21,922 nucleotides of DNA from Ginkgo biloba (Eukaryota; Plantae; Ginkgophyta), in contig JANKJI020000004.1 in assembly GCA_024626585.2 (NCBI GenBank), forward strand, positions 30,914,817 to 30,936,738. The letters run 5' to 3'. The stretch's first letter is position 1. Every line of letters starts with the position of its first letter. Below are positions 1 to 10,535 of the stretch, piece by piece. A model generated the notes under the pieces. That model did not search any database, had not been told where the DNA came from, and saw only the letters and a program-made list of their open reading frames with translations. The position numbers and the translations under genes were made by a program.

Positions 1-1101
1 AATCTTACAGTGATCTAACTTAACATGTTATTTTATAAATTTAAAGGATCCCAAAATCATACTCTTACAAAGGTATGTTTTACCTACTTAATCTTCCTTA
101 CTATATTATCTTGTTAATGATATACTTTAAATCTTGATGATTTTCATAGAACTCAAAATTTTTGCATAGCAGATAATTTGTAAACTATTGGATTGGGTAT
201 ATCATCCATAAATCTTCTCTTTCAATTATGGAGTAATTTATTTCTAATTTGCTAAGCTTCCTACTTGTAAAGATATTGGATGATCCATCTTATGAGATTT
301 AGGTTGTGCTCATATTTCTCTAATTACATTTGAATATGCATTAACATCAACATGAAATTTCTCCATATAATTTAAAAATTAGAGAATTAGTTCCTCATTT
401 ATCTTTAGTTTCAATAGTTCAAATAAATTTTGATTTTCCCCTGTCCATATTTATGGCATATCCTTTTTCAATGTTTTATTTAGTGGGATATAAATATATG
501 CATATCCTTATAAACTTATGGTAATATCTATTATGTTCCAAGACTTTATTAACTTGAGATAGATTCATCAGGGGGGTTTTGACTCAAGTATAACTTTTAC
601 CTTTGCAGGATCCATCATGAGGTCATCTTCACACCTAATGTGTCCCAATGGTTTACCAAATGGTGTCAACATTTTATACTTTGAAAATTTTAAGGATATT
701 CATATCTTCCTATTTATTTGAATAATTTTCTTAATATAATTTGTATGAACCAAAAAAATAGACCAATCATCCAAGTAAATATCCAAAAATCTATGTAGGA
801 AATCTTTGAATAATGTTGTAATAATTCTTGAGAATGTTGTAAGTACATTATCTAATCCAAATAGCATGAATCTATATTCATAGGATACCCATTTAGTTAC
901 AAATGTGATTTTTAATTATTCATTTGGATGAGTTTGTATTTTATTATATCTAGAGAACCTATCAGTAAAGGAATAAACCTCTCTTCTAGCTTCATTATCT
1001 AGGATCTCTTCAATGAATGTTATAGGAAATGGATCATTTTTTATCATGCTATTCAATTTTTTAAAAGGCGCATAAATTTTTAATTTACCACTTTACTTTT
1101 T
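1..1101 (-). pseudogene. pol: Degenerate Ty3/gypsy pol: reverse transcriptase, connection and RNase H (non-chromovirus, Tat/Athila-like)
   Basis: Manual minus-strand translation gives SGKLKIYAPFKKLNSMIKNDPFPITFIEEILDNEARREVYSFTDRFSRYNKI..KITFVTKWVSYEYRFMLFGLDNVLTTFSRII..FKDFLHRFLDIYLDDWSIF..LGHIRCEDDLMMDPAKVKVI..YYHKFI..FHVDVNA..SRKLSKLEINYSIIERE..EYDF. These match the gypsy RT motifs (DPFP, DGFSGY, MPFGL, YxDD, LGH, DPAK) and RNase H motifs, with many stops and frameshifts. Confidence 0.95.
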
Positions 1102-2054
1102 NNNNNNNNNNNNNNNNNNNNNNNNNNNNNNNNNNNNNNNNNNNNNNNNNNNNNNNNNNNNNNNNNNNNNNNNNNNNNNNNNNNNNNNNNNNNNNNNNNN
1201 NNNNNNNNNNNNNNNNNNNNNNNNNNNNNNNNNNNNNNNNNNNNNNNNNNNNNNNNNNNNNNNNNNNNNNNNNNNNNNNNNNNNNNNNNNNNNNNNNNNN
1301 NNNNNNNNNNNNNNNNNNNNNNNNNNNNNNNNNNNNNNNNNNNNNNNNNNNNNNNNNNNNNNNNNNNNNNNNNNNNNNNNNNNNNNNNNNNNNNNNNNNN
1401 NNNNNNNNNNNNNNNNNNNNNNNNNNNNNNNNNNNNNNNNNNNNNNNNNNNNNNNNNNNNNNNNNNNNNNNNNNNNNNNNNNNNNNNNNNNNNNNNNNNN
1501 NNNNNNNNNNNNNNNNNNNNNNNNNNNNNNNNNNNNNNNNNNNNNNNNNNNNNNNNNNNNNNNNNNNNNNNNNNNNNNNNNNNNNNNNNNNNNNNNNNNN
1601 NNNNNNNNNNNNNNNNNNNNNNNNNNNNNNNNNNNNNNNNNNNNNNNNNNNNNNNNNNNNNNNNNNNNNNNNNNNNNNNNNNNNNNNNNNNNNNNNNNNN
1701 NNNNNNNNNNNNNNNNNNNNNNNNNNNNNNNNNNNNNNNNNNNNNNNNNNNNNNNNNNNNNNNNNNNNNNNNNNNNNNNNNNNNNNNNNNNNNNNNNNNN
1801 NNNNNNNNNNNNNNNNNNNNNNNNNNNNNNNNNNNNNNNNNNNNNNNNNNNNNNNNNNNNNNNNNNNNNNNNNNNNNNNNNNNNNNNNNNNNNNNNNNNN
1901 NNNNNNNNNNNNNNNNNNNNNNNNNNNNNNNNNNNNNNNNNNNNNNNNNNNNNNNNNNNNNNNNNNNNNNNNNNNNNNNNNNNNNNNNNNNNNNNNNNNN
2001 NNNNNNNNNNNNNNNNNNNNNNNNNNNNNNNNNNNNNNNNNNNNNNNNNNNNNN

Positions 2055-2503
2055 ATAATCTTTTACAGAATCTTTCCACTTACTTGATAGGGACAGTTGA
2101 GCATGTGAAGGGTGTGCATCAGGATCTATGTAGATGGCACAAGTTTCTAAGTAAGTTTTTAACTTTCTGAAGGAGACATAGTCGATCGTACATCAAAGTG
2201 GGCATTTTTTTGCGTAGCGCATTTTAGTGCAGCAACTCAGACCATGTATTGTCGTGCCCATTCTCGCACTAGGGCTCTAATAGAGAGTGCATTTCAACGT
2301 CAGTACACTGATATCGTACACAAATCTGTGCCAAGGTATTTTTCTCATTCCGTACATGTTCCTTTTCTCTTAAAATTTCATCAGTACTTGNNNNNNNNNN
2401 NNNNNNNNNNNNNNNNNNNNNNNNNNNNNNNNNNNNCCTTGGAACCGATCAAATGCTTCCGCACATAACTCTACAAACCCTCCAACACCAAGCGGGTACA
2501 TCA
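2055..2503. mobile_element. CpG-retaining LTR-like segment, probably a younger insertion nested between gag and pol
   Basis: About 12 CpG in roughly 400 sequenced bases, versus about 1 in 1-1101. It ends abruptly at ...GCGGGTACATCA (2503; TGATGTACCC on the minus strand), which resembles an LTR terminus. The other end is in the gap. Confidence 0.4.
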
Positions 2504-3197
2504 TTTTTCCAAAAGTTTCCTATCTTTGACTTCCTCCTTCATGAAATTATCTATAATAAATTATTCTCCTTCTTCAATTAGTACAATAAAACACTTATTT
2601 AGTATTACTTTGACCATTCTTTTCTTCACTATCTACAATACATCATTAATTTTAAGTTGTTCTCTGTAACATAATTACAATAATACTTCTTGAAGCTTTT
2701 CCCATTCTTCAATTTCACATTTATTTTCCAAATGTGTCTACCATTGATAAGGTATACCATATAGTATAGATATAATGGAATTTACTCTCAACAACCTTTT
2801 TTTCGTATCTATCACAACATGATACATTTTCTAAGTTCTTTATACTTTATGTAAAAAATTCTAGATAATTATTTCCATCATAATACAATTTCATTAGTTT
2901 CGATTTAACTCTATCAAATATTTCCAAGAATAATACTCTAATAATATTCTAATCAATTAACTTCTTATGATAAACCTTAAACCATATGCTTTCTTGGCCT
3001 CTGAAAGTAGACTCAAGCCAAGCATAATTTTCTCTAGAATGAATGTCTTTGGTCATCTGTAGAAACCAATTCAAATGAATTTTTTCATATAATCCTTCAT
3101 CAAACATTATTTATTTGATTTTTTTTATCATATCCTCAATCTCATATTTCACTATATTTGTATAGCTACCAAAATATTTCACTTTGTGCATTTATTC
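2504..3197 (-). pseudogene. gag: Degenerate gag remnant (Retrotrans_gag-like core plus decayed zinc knuckles)
   Basis: Minus strand reads FDEGLYEKIHLNWFLQ..WLESTFRGQESIWFKVYHKKLID*NIIRVLFLEIF, the LxGxAxxWF..W..FL..F pattern. Decayed knuckles YCR**..KNGQ and FYCTN*RR follow near 2560-2645. It lies upstream of the RT on the same strand and in the same scaffold. Confidence 0.5.
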
Positions 3198-3297
3198 NNN
3201 NNNNNNNNNNNNNNNNNNNNNNNNNNNNNNNNNNNNNNNNNNNNNNNNNNNNNNNNNNNNNNNNNNNNNNNNNNNNNNNNNNNNNNNNNNNNNNNNN

Positions 3298-4312
3298 TTT
3301 AATTACAATATTTGGTCAAATTAATATTTTTAAACGTTATAGGTTTCCAACATATTAAAATTCTATCGCATGTATAAAAAGATTCATTATCAATGCAAAC
3401 TTATGTTTCCATTTAATGGATTCCAGTGAAAATAGGAAAAGGCATCATATAATTTATGAAGAACACCATTTAGATTAGGAAAATTATTAGAAACCTTGGT
3501 CGCAAGTTGGGAAAACCACCATGCACACTATAAAATATGTTATTCATATGGTGAATCTATTACAACTCTACAACTTAGGTTGAGAGTTATATTTTCTCCA
3601 ATCATGAAAATTTGATATAGATTATTTTTTATTGACTAAAACAAACATCCATGAGCTATCATTCACTTAATTTTGACTCTATATCTCCATACTTATTATA
3701 CCTAAATATTTCATACTTATTTTAATCACACATCCTAGGTTTTTTTTAATTATTTACCACTTTAGGACACATGATATAATTTTGTGAATTACCCATTAAA
3801 ACATAAAATTCTCCATGATATCCATGGTAGGTAATTAGTAAGCCATATGGGAGGAGATAAGACTTATGAATTTATAAATAAATATATTTTTTAGAATAAT
3901 ATGAAGAAAAAAATACAAAACTATATGAATACATATGAATATTGATGATATTATTGCCAGTTCCTAAAGGTAAATGGAAATCATATCTATGGATTTGCCC
4001 ACATCTATTCTAAGTATGAAAATAAAGTATGATCATATGTTAGTGGTCATGGATAATTTCATAGATATTTCTATATTTATTTCTTATTATATGATACATA
4101 AATGGACATACATAGCTAAAATTATGATTGTAGATATCTTTACCAAGTATAAAGTGCCTAAGAATAGTGTAAATGATTAAAATACTAAGTTCATAATCGA
4201 ATTATGAAAATGATTTTTTAAAACCTTGTGTATTAAATTCAACTTTTGTAGTGGTGGTTAACCATAATATATGGATATATAGAATGATTCGATCAAATCT
4301 TGAATGATATAT
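3298..4312 (+). pseudogene. pol: Degenerate Ty3/gypsy (chromovirus-like) pol: weak RNase H trace followed by integrase zinc finger and catalytic core
   Basis: From about 3810: LHD..SHMGGDKTYEFINKYIF*NNMKKKIQNYMNTYEY (HHCC finger with C>Y), LLPVPKGKW/EIISMDL..YDHMLVVMDNF..VPKNSVND*NTKF..FFKTLCIKFNFCSGG*P..GYIE*FDQILND. This matches WEIISMDF..VVVDRF..VSDRD.KF..HPQTDGQTERVNQ. ORF 3974..4180 is part of it. The RNase H-like KRFIINAN..HHIIYEE near 3375-3470 is weak. Confidence 0.9.
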
Positions 4313-4844
4313 NNNNNNNNNNNNNNNNNNNNNNNNNNNNNNNNNNNNNNNNNNNNNNNNNNNNNNNNNNNNNNNNNNNNNNNNNNNNNNNNNNNNNNNN
4401 NNNNNNNNNNNNAGGATTTCTAGTTCATTCAATCTCATAAAATAAAATCTTACATAAAAATTAACTTGGACATAATAATTATTGAAGTGCCTTAAATTAT
4501 ACCTAAATTTACAAAGTTGTTTAAAATTATATGTATGCAACCATCCTTCCATTGAATTCATCATAATATTCATGCCCACTCATAAAGAAACTTTTTATTC
4601 ACGTAGGAGTTTTTATTTTAATTTATTTTATGTTATACATTGCATCTCCCTCTCAATTACTAATTCTCTATCTCTTTGGCTATTTTCCTAACTCCTTCCC
4701 TAATTTATTATGAGGAATATACTTAAATTCATATTTCACTCATTTTTACTTTAACCAAAGATAATTAATAGTCCCTAAATACCTATAAAATCACTTTAGT
4801 TCATCACTTATAATCATACATTATTGAATGCAAAAAGGATTATA

Positions 4845-4908
4845 TGAAGAAGATAATTATATATATAGAGTTCTATTATATATAATTGTCTTCTTCAATA
4901 GAGTTCTA
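4845..4908. repeat. About 25-bp-arm inverted repeat combined with an 11-bp direct repeat
   Basis: TGAAGAAGATAATTATATATATAG (4845-4868) pairs with CTATTATATATAATTGTCTTCTTCA (4873-4897). ATAGAGTTCTA occurs at 4865-4875 and again at 4898-4908. Confidence 0.85.
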
Positions 4909-5169
4909 AGTATTTTCATCTTCCATCTAATTGATAATGTTGTCTCAAATGTTCAAGTTAAAATTAGTTTCTTTGAATTAATATCATTATTGTTGTAGCA
5001 ATATCTCTAATATATTATGAGTATGATTCCTTAGGTAAAAATTAAAGCCTATATACTAAATACTTGATTTTTTAGTTAGTTTATTCAAAGTTTTATATTA
5101 TCATAACTATTTTTTCTTATTCCATTTAAACCGAAGCATATGACAATGGGAGACATAACATATAATTAC

Positions 5170-5650
5170 AAGAGCCCCGTAGTGGCAAGTTCGTCATGTT
5201 TCCCATAATTTTAAACAAAGTAATAAAAAATTCAATTTTGGTTTTATTACGAAAATCAACATTAGTTTTGAGGATCTGTTAGGGTTTTTCGTATGGAGGC
5301 TTTGTGCCTCCATCGCAAAAGCATTCCCTTTTTGTTTTGGCCCTGTGAGGGCCCAAATCAATCATCGGAGGAGATGCAGATTTAGCTGCATGCAAGAAGG
5401 AACGTTGCTCTGCCTTTGTTGGAGGAAGGAGATTGGCATATCGCTTAGAGGCTTCTTGTTTGCGTTCTTGGTAGAGCTATGGTGACCTTTCTGTGTTGGG
5501 TGCCTCTCCAGCTTGATGGGCGACTCTAGCTGTGTTTCTTTGTAGCCGAAAATATGGACACAAAGAGAAAATAAGAAAATAACTTGGAGTAGAAATTCAT
5601 TTTAGCATTAGTCAAAACAAGGAGTGGAAATCTCTTTATATAGTTTTACA
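5170..5650 (-). promoter_or_regulatory. GC/CpG-richer promoter- or LTR-like segment with TATA, site II-like and telo-box motifs
   Basis: On the minus strand: CTATATAAAG (about 5635-5644), TTTGGGCCC (about 5349-5357) and AAACCCTAA (5279-5287). Small hairpins include ATGGAGGC-tttgt-GCCTCCAT (about 5293-5313). Support is motif-level only. Confidence 0.3.
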
Positions 5651-5815
5651 TAAAGTGTTGTTATTTCACTTCTGACTATGTGGGATAACTTAAGTGAAAA
5701 GTAAACTCATTAAAANNNNNNNNNNNNNNNNNNNNNNNNNNNNNNNNNNNNNNNNNNNNNNNNNNNNNNNNNNNNNNNNNNNNNNNNNNNNNNNNNNNNN
5801 NNNNNNNNNNNNNNN

Positions 5816-6969
5816 TTCTCTGAAAAAAAACTTTATTTCCTAACATTGGTAGATATATACCATCATTATACCACATAGAAACCAAAAGAGTATGCATAAT
5901 AAAATAACGTCAATATGGAGGGACATGAGGAAACTCAGGGGAAAATAAGAATTAGAGAAGAATTGACGAGAAACACTAAAATTAGTCCTAGAAGAGGAAA
6001 TCCCTCCCGTCGTTAATGATTATTCTCTCTCTAGGTGGTTCACCACCACCGCATATCTTCATAAAATCCCTTCATAATGGATCCAGTCATCCTTTTAAAG
6101 GATATTTATGGTCGATATGGTCCTTGCAACTACTACCTTAATTATTCTATGAATTCCATATCCATTCTTGTACGCTTTCTTCCTTATTTATCTTTCATCG
6201 CTTTTGATGGTTAGTGATGGTTGCATGCAATAAACATTTCTCCATGAATGGATATAGTTGCCTCTATAATTACTCCTTGGTAGCTTAGGAGTAATCTTTA
6301 CAACTATCATCTTAACTTCAATATGGTTCTCCCAATCATCCTTTGTGAACCCTGCTTGAAGAAACTCTAGTGTTCAAAGTTTTCTTGGAAATTTTAGACA
6401 GATTTTTGGAGAGATACACTTTAATCTCTTGCATGAATGTGGGAATGGGATCCTGATTATGATCTATATGGCCTATAGGCTTTGAAATAAGGCACCTTCT
6501 AGGTCATGAGATATAGAATTTATCTCTAGACCTTATGGTAGGTGAGGTGGCTTATCATATTGATTTTTTAAACCACTATCATTAAATGGGCCAAAGGGTG
6601 GAATGACCTGGATTCCCTTGAAATATTTCAAGTTAGGGAGGTCAAAATATAAAACTTAGAATATTGTCACCACAAGTTCTAGAGGTGAAATTTTACTCAA
6701 TTGGACCTTATCTCCCAGTTAGGATATGTGGCACCTCAGGACTCTTTAGAACCTCTTGAATACTTGAACTCTAAAATATGACCTTTGTTGTAATTATATG
6801 GGCTCTTTCCTAATCAAGATTTACTTTGCATTCGGGTCTATAAGACCTAGTGGATAAAAGGCATTGAACGTACCCTTTATTTTAACCCCCAAACTACCAC
6901 GGAGCCAAAATTTTCTTAAGTTGCACTTTATTTAGGTTTGGGTCTGCAAGCTATCAATTTTTTTTTTTT
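5816..6969 (-). mobile_element. Non-coding LTR-like fragment
   Basis: No coding signal. The minus strand shows a TATA-like CCTTTAAAAGGA near 6090-6100, then a purine-rich to T-rich R/U5-like stretch with AATAAA near 5832-5837. Both ends are in gaps. Confidence 0.25.
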
Positions 6970-7249
6970 NNNNNNNNNNNNNNNNNNNNNNNNNNNNNNN
7001 NNNNNNNNNNNNNNNNNNNNNNNNNNNNNNNNNNNNNNNNNNNNNNNNNNNNNNNNNNNNNNNNNNNNNNNNNNNNNNNNNNNNNNNNNNNNNNNNNNNN
7101 NNNNNNNNNNNNNNNNNNNNNNNNNNNNNNNNNNNNNNNNNNNNNNNNNNNNNNNNNNNNNNNNNNNNNATTAAAGTTTATTTCTAAAAACTTTGATTCT
7201 ATAGGGGCGCAAGCCCATATTTTGACCACATATTTCCCTAATCTCCTGA

Positions 7250-8333
7250 ATTATTAAACATTAAGAGAAACAAGACTCCTTAGCCTTGGTATATGTTGAA
7301 CTCTCTAATTAATCAAGGGAGAAGGAGATCAAAGGAAAAATAATAGAGGTGTAGGAAGTATATTGACCTAAAACATTAATCACATGGTCAAACAAGGACA
7401 AAACCAGTTGAGGTAAGGAGATAGAACATCCCCTGACTCATCTCTCTCATTTACTAACTAAGGGACCATTGTATTCCTATAGGAATTAGGGAATATACGT
7501 TGACATATAGATTTAGTAGCATGTATAAGTGTGAAAAAGAAAGAAAAGAAAAAAAAGGTAAGATGAAAGAGGATGGGGAAGAAATAAAGAGTGTTCATCC
7601 AGGAGGCAACATGGTAATAGCCATGAAGAAGGTGAAGGATCCCTATTAATAATATTGAAGATGATAATCTAAGGAGGATCTTGAGGAAATGAGTGAAAAA
7701 ATGGAGTATGATATTGTCGATAGAAGACAAGGATTGAAATAGAGAAACATGAGCCTAAACTAGAGATAAGTGGAAGATAGTTGAAATTGAGGAATCCTAT
7801 GCTCAATAAAATAAAAGAATATTGTTGATTATGAGGCATCATATTCTCAAGTAGATATAGTCAGATCATTGACTATAAGGTAGCATATATTCAAGAAGAT
7901 ACAAGTATATCATTGACTATGAGGCATCATATGCTCAAGAAGAGACAGGTAGATCGTCAATTGTGAGGCAATCTATATGGTGTAGCCACCCAGTGCAACT
8001 ATATAAAAACATCCAATGATGTATCCTAGATACTAGGCACTCTAATATATTCTCCTTATATCTCTCTTATACATAAGTAACACAAATTCAAAAGTTTACA
8101 AGAATATGGAAGCTAAGAAATAAAACATAAAAGCTTCATTATATTACTGGGGCCTTATGGCAATTACAGGCCTCTATAATTTTGAGTACAATTGACTTTT
8201 TCCTATAGGAACTATAAGTAGCTACTCCATTAAGGATTCCTATGTTACTTGAATGTAACATATATGATATCATCCTTGGAGGTTTTCTACAATCTTATAT
8301 ACTATATCACCTCATGTCAATTCCTATCTCACT
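7250..8333 (+). mobile_element. LTR-like copy A, related to the copies at 12.6-13.6 kb and 16.5-17.4 kb
   Basis: Shared blocks: AGTGGAAGATAGTTGAAATTGAGG (about 7769) vs AGTGGTAGAGAGTTGAACATTGAGG (13131) vs AGTGGTAGAGCATTGGCCATTGAGG (16983); ATCATTGACTATGAGGCATCATA (about 7909) vs ATCATTGATCCTGAGGCATCATA (about 13200). TATA box CTATATAAAA at about 7999. Confidence 0.5.
7780..7976 (+). repeat. 44-bp tandem repeat, about 4.5 diverged copies
   Basis: Units start at 7780, 7824, 7868, 7912 and 7956. Approximate consensus ATTGACTATGAGGCATCATATGCTCAAGAAGATACAGGTAGATC. Confidence 0.9.
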
Positions 8334-8433
8334 NNNNNNNNNNNNNNNNNNNNNNNNNNNNNNNNNNNNNNNNNNNNNNNNNNNNNNNNNNNNNNNNNNN
8401 NNNNNNNNNNNNNNNNNNNNNNNNNNNNNNNNN

Positions 8434-8930
8434 AAAAGAAAGTGGATGAAGAGGTTGGAAAAGTGAGCAAAGAGTCCAAGGAAGGGGAAAAAAATAAATA
8501 AACAAGGTCAACAAATGACTAAAGGAGACTAGCGATAAGAGAAAGAGAGCTAAAAAATGAACAAAGGAAGGTGAAAAATTACAAAGAGAATTCAATGAGC
8601 AGATAAGGGAGTCTGATAAATAACTAAAGGAGTGTAGTGAACGATTAATGGAAGTGAGTAAATGAGAGAGGATTATCAATGAATGAATAAAGGATATGGA
8701 AAAATGACCAAGAGAGGTCAAATAATGGTCAAGGAGGCTGGACAACTAATCCAAGGAAGTTAACAAATGACCAAAAGAGGTTAGAAAATGAGCAATAAAC
8801 TATGAGAAAATAAACAAAGGAAGATGACAAACTATCCGTGGAGAGTGTAGATAATGATCTAAGATAAGAAAGAAAATAGACCATAAAAGGATAAAAAAAT
8901 AGTCAATGGAAGTGGGAAAATAGTGAAGAG
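8434..8930 (+). repeat. Degenerate 21-bp tandem array (about 20 units) reading as heptad repeats
   Basis: Units such as AAAGGAGTGTAGTGAACGATT, AAAGGATATGGAAAAATGACC and CAAGGAAGTTAACAAATGACC. The frame reads KETSDKR/KRAKK*T/KEGEKLQ/REFNEQI/RESDK*L/KECSERL/MEVSK*E/RIINE*I/KDMEK*P..KEVNK*P. Confidence 0.85.
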
Positions 8931-9509
8931 GATTTTTTCTCATTTGATAATTTTTCAAGTGGAAAAGATAGCCATAACATACCTCATGAAAAGGATGTAT
9001 TTGAAGAGGATGATGGAGAGGTGCAAGTTTTGTAGGTACCCATGGGTGAGAGTGGAAGAGATTAGGTAAATATGCTATCAGATAACTTTGAGAAAGTCCT
9101 AAATGAGATGAGATAGCAGGAAGAAAACATCAGTAGGTGGTGGGAGAAGTGGAAAGAGAAAACCACTAGAGAGCAACATGTGGAATGTGGGAGAAGAATA
9201 GAAGGGATTGGATGAATGAGAGTAGAGAGATATGGAAGAAGGGCATGAGCAGGGGATCATACAAAATTTTATAAGAAGGGGAGGATTAGGTAGGGGCATT
9301 ACTTATTTTGGTCGAGTGAGAGGGGCAATGATGATTTTTGGATGAACAGGTCATTTTTGGACAAATGGGAAAAGGGATACAAGAGAATGGCCTAAAGGAA
9401 GTTTTATATGGAGCAATGAAAGAGCTAGAAAAAGGTTCCCAACGAACGATAATGGAAAGACAGACAAGTGGGTGAAATAATTTTGGCAAATAATATTGGG
9501 AAGTCTAGA

Positions 9510-9730
9510 AAAAGGATACAGAAGTCTAATGAATAGTACAAAGGAGTCCCAACAAATGGCTTGAAGGAGCCCAATGAATGGTATGAAGGAGCCACAATGA
9601 ATAGCATAAAGGATTAAGGGAGAAATAAACCAACAAACAATTTGGACCATTTATCGTCAACCCAGCAAATGGTGCAAAGGAGTGCAGTGAATGACTTGAA
9701 GGGTCTAGTGAATGGCCCAAGGGTTACAGT
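9510..9730 (+). repeat. Second 21-23-bp tandem array of the same repeat family
   Basis: AGGAGTCCCAACAAATGGCTTGA / AGGAGCCCAATGAATGGTATGA / AGGAGCCACAATGAATAGCATAA ... AAGGAGTGCAGTGAATGACTTG / AAGGGTCTAGTGAATGGCCC. Confidence 0.7.
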
Positions 9731-9742
9731 AGGAAAAATAAC

Positions 9743-10432
9743 TGTGACAAAAATTTATGGCTATTCAGGTAAAATAAATGAGATAGGTTGACTATGTGAG
9801 GGTAGTATTACACCTGCAACAAATATTAAAGGTGATTAATGGCTCCCATCAATCATTTTTAATGGAAAGAGATTTAGGTGGATATTTTTTGGGGAAAAAT
9901 AATCATTTTTGGAAGATTCAAGAAGTAGGGAGAGAGCCAAATAGGGGGAAAAAGAAGAGAGTAGAAATGAGGAGGAAGAGCAGGGTAGGAACACATGGAT
10001 GAGAGGCTCAAGGGAGAGTAAGAAGATTTTGGGGATAAATCCAAGAAGGTGGATGAATGACCATGTGTTGAGCATGAGGAAGTGCATTAAGTAGGATTTG
10101 GAAGCTCCAGGTGGAAGCAAAGAAGACTAAAGAGGGAAGAGAGGTTTTGGAAAGGAAAAAGCGCTGAGAAAGAGCAGGTTTGAGGTGAGTCCTCTAGGTG
10201 GAAGAAGGTGAAGTCAAATATTTGTGGATATTTGGATAATAAGGAGAGTCAAAGGAGGTTATTTACTTTGTACTATCCCTCCAAGATGAGAGGAAAGCCC
10301 TGTGTATGTAAAAATTCCCTTTTGAGGTTCATTAATAAAAGTGATATTTTCTATTTATAATTTGATTTCTGTGCAAATGTTCTTGGTTTCCTCCCCTATT
10401 GTGCTTGAATTTATTTATTTGTGCTCCCAACA
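9743..10432 (+). mobile_element. LTR-like segment (TG...CA)
   Basis: Starts TGTGACAA just after the repeat array, has AATAAA at about 10334 and a T-rich U5-like tail, and ends ...GCTCCCAACA. The following GTT could be the start of GTTGGTATC (PBS), but the gap begins there. Confidence 0.35.
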
Positions 10433-10535
10433 GTTNNNNNNNNNNNNNNNNNNNNNNNNNNNNNNNNNNNNNNNNNNNNNNNNNNNNNNNNNNNNNNNNN
10501 NNNNNNNNNNNNNNNNNNNNNNNNNNNNNNNNNNN

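Noticed and set aside
1093-2079. 328-aa ORF and the other X-rich ORFs in the track
   Set aside because: They are read-throughs of N gaps, not coding sequence.
4202-4691. ORFs 4202..4579 (-) and 4482..4691 (+) as genes or gag
   Set aside because: One spans a 100-N join, and neither has a convincing motif (only a faint FNG-like gag hint).
7170-7250. Minus-strand PPT-like GGAGATTAGGGAAATA plus TGTGGTC LTR start at 7230
   Set aside because: Only 60 bp remain before a 200-N gap, so it cannot be linked to the 5.8-7.0 kb fragment.
7780-7976. CRISPR array interpretation of the 44-bp repeats (and of the PBS array at 13646-13735)
   Set aside because: The 44-bp units are head-to-tail with no unique spacers, there are no cas genes, and the context is eukaryotic retroelement DNA.
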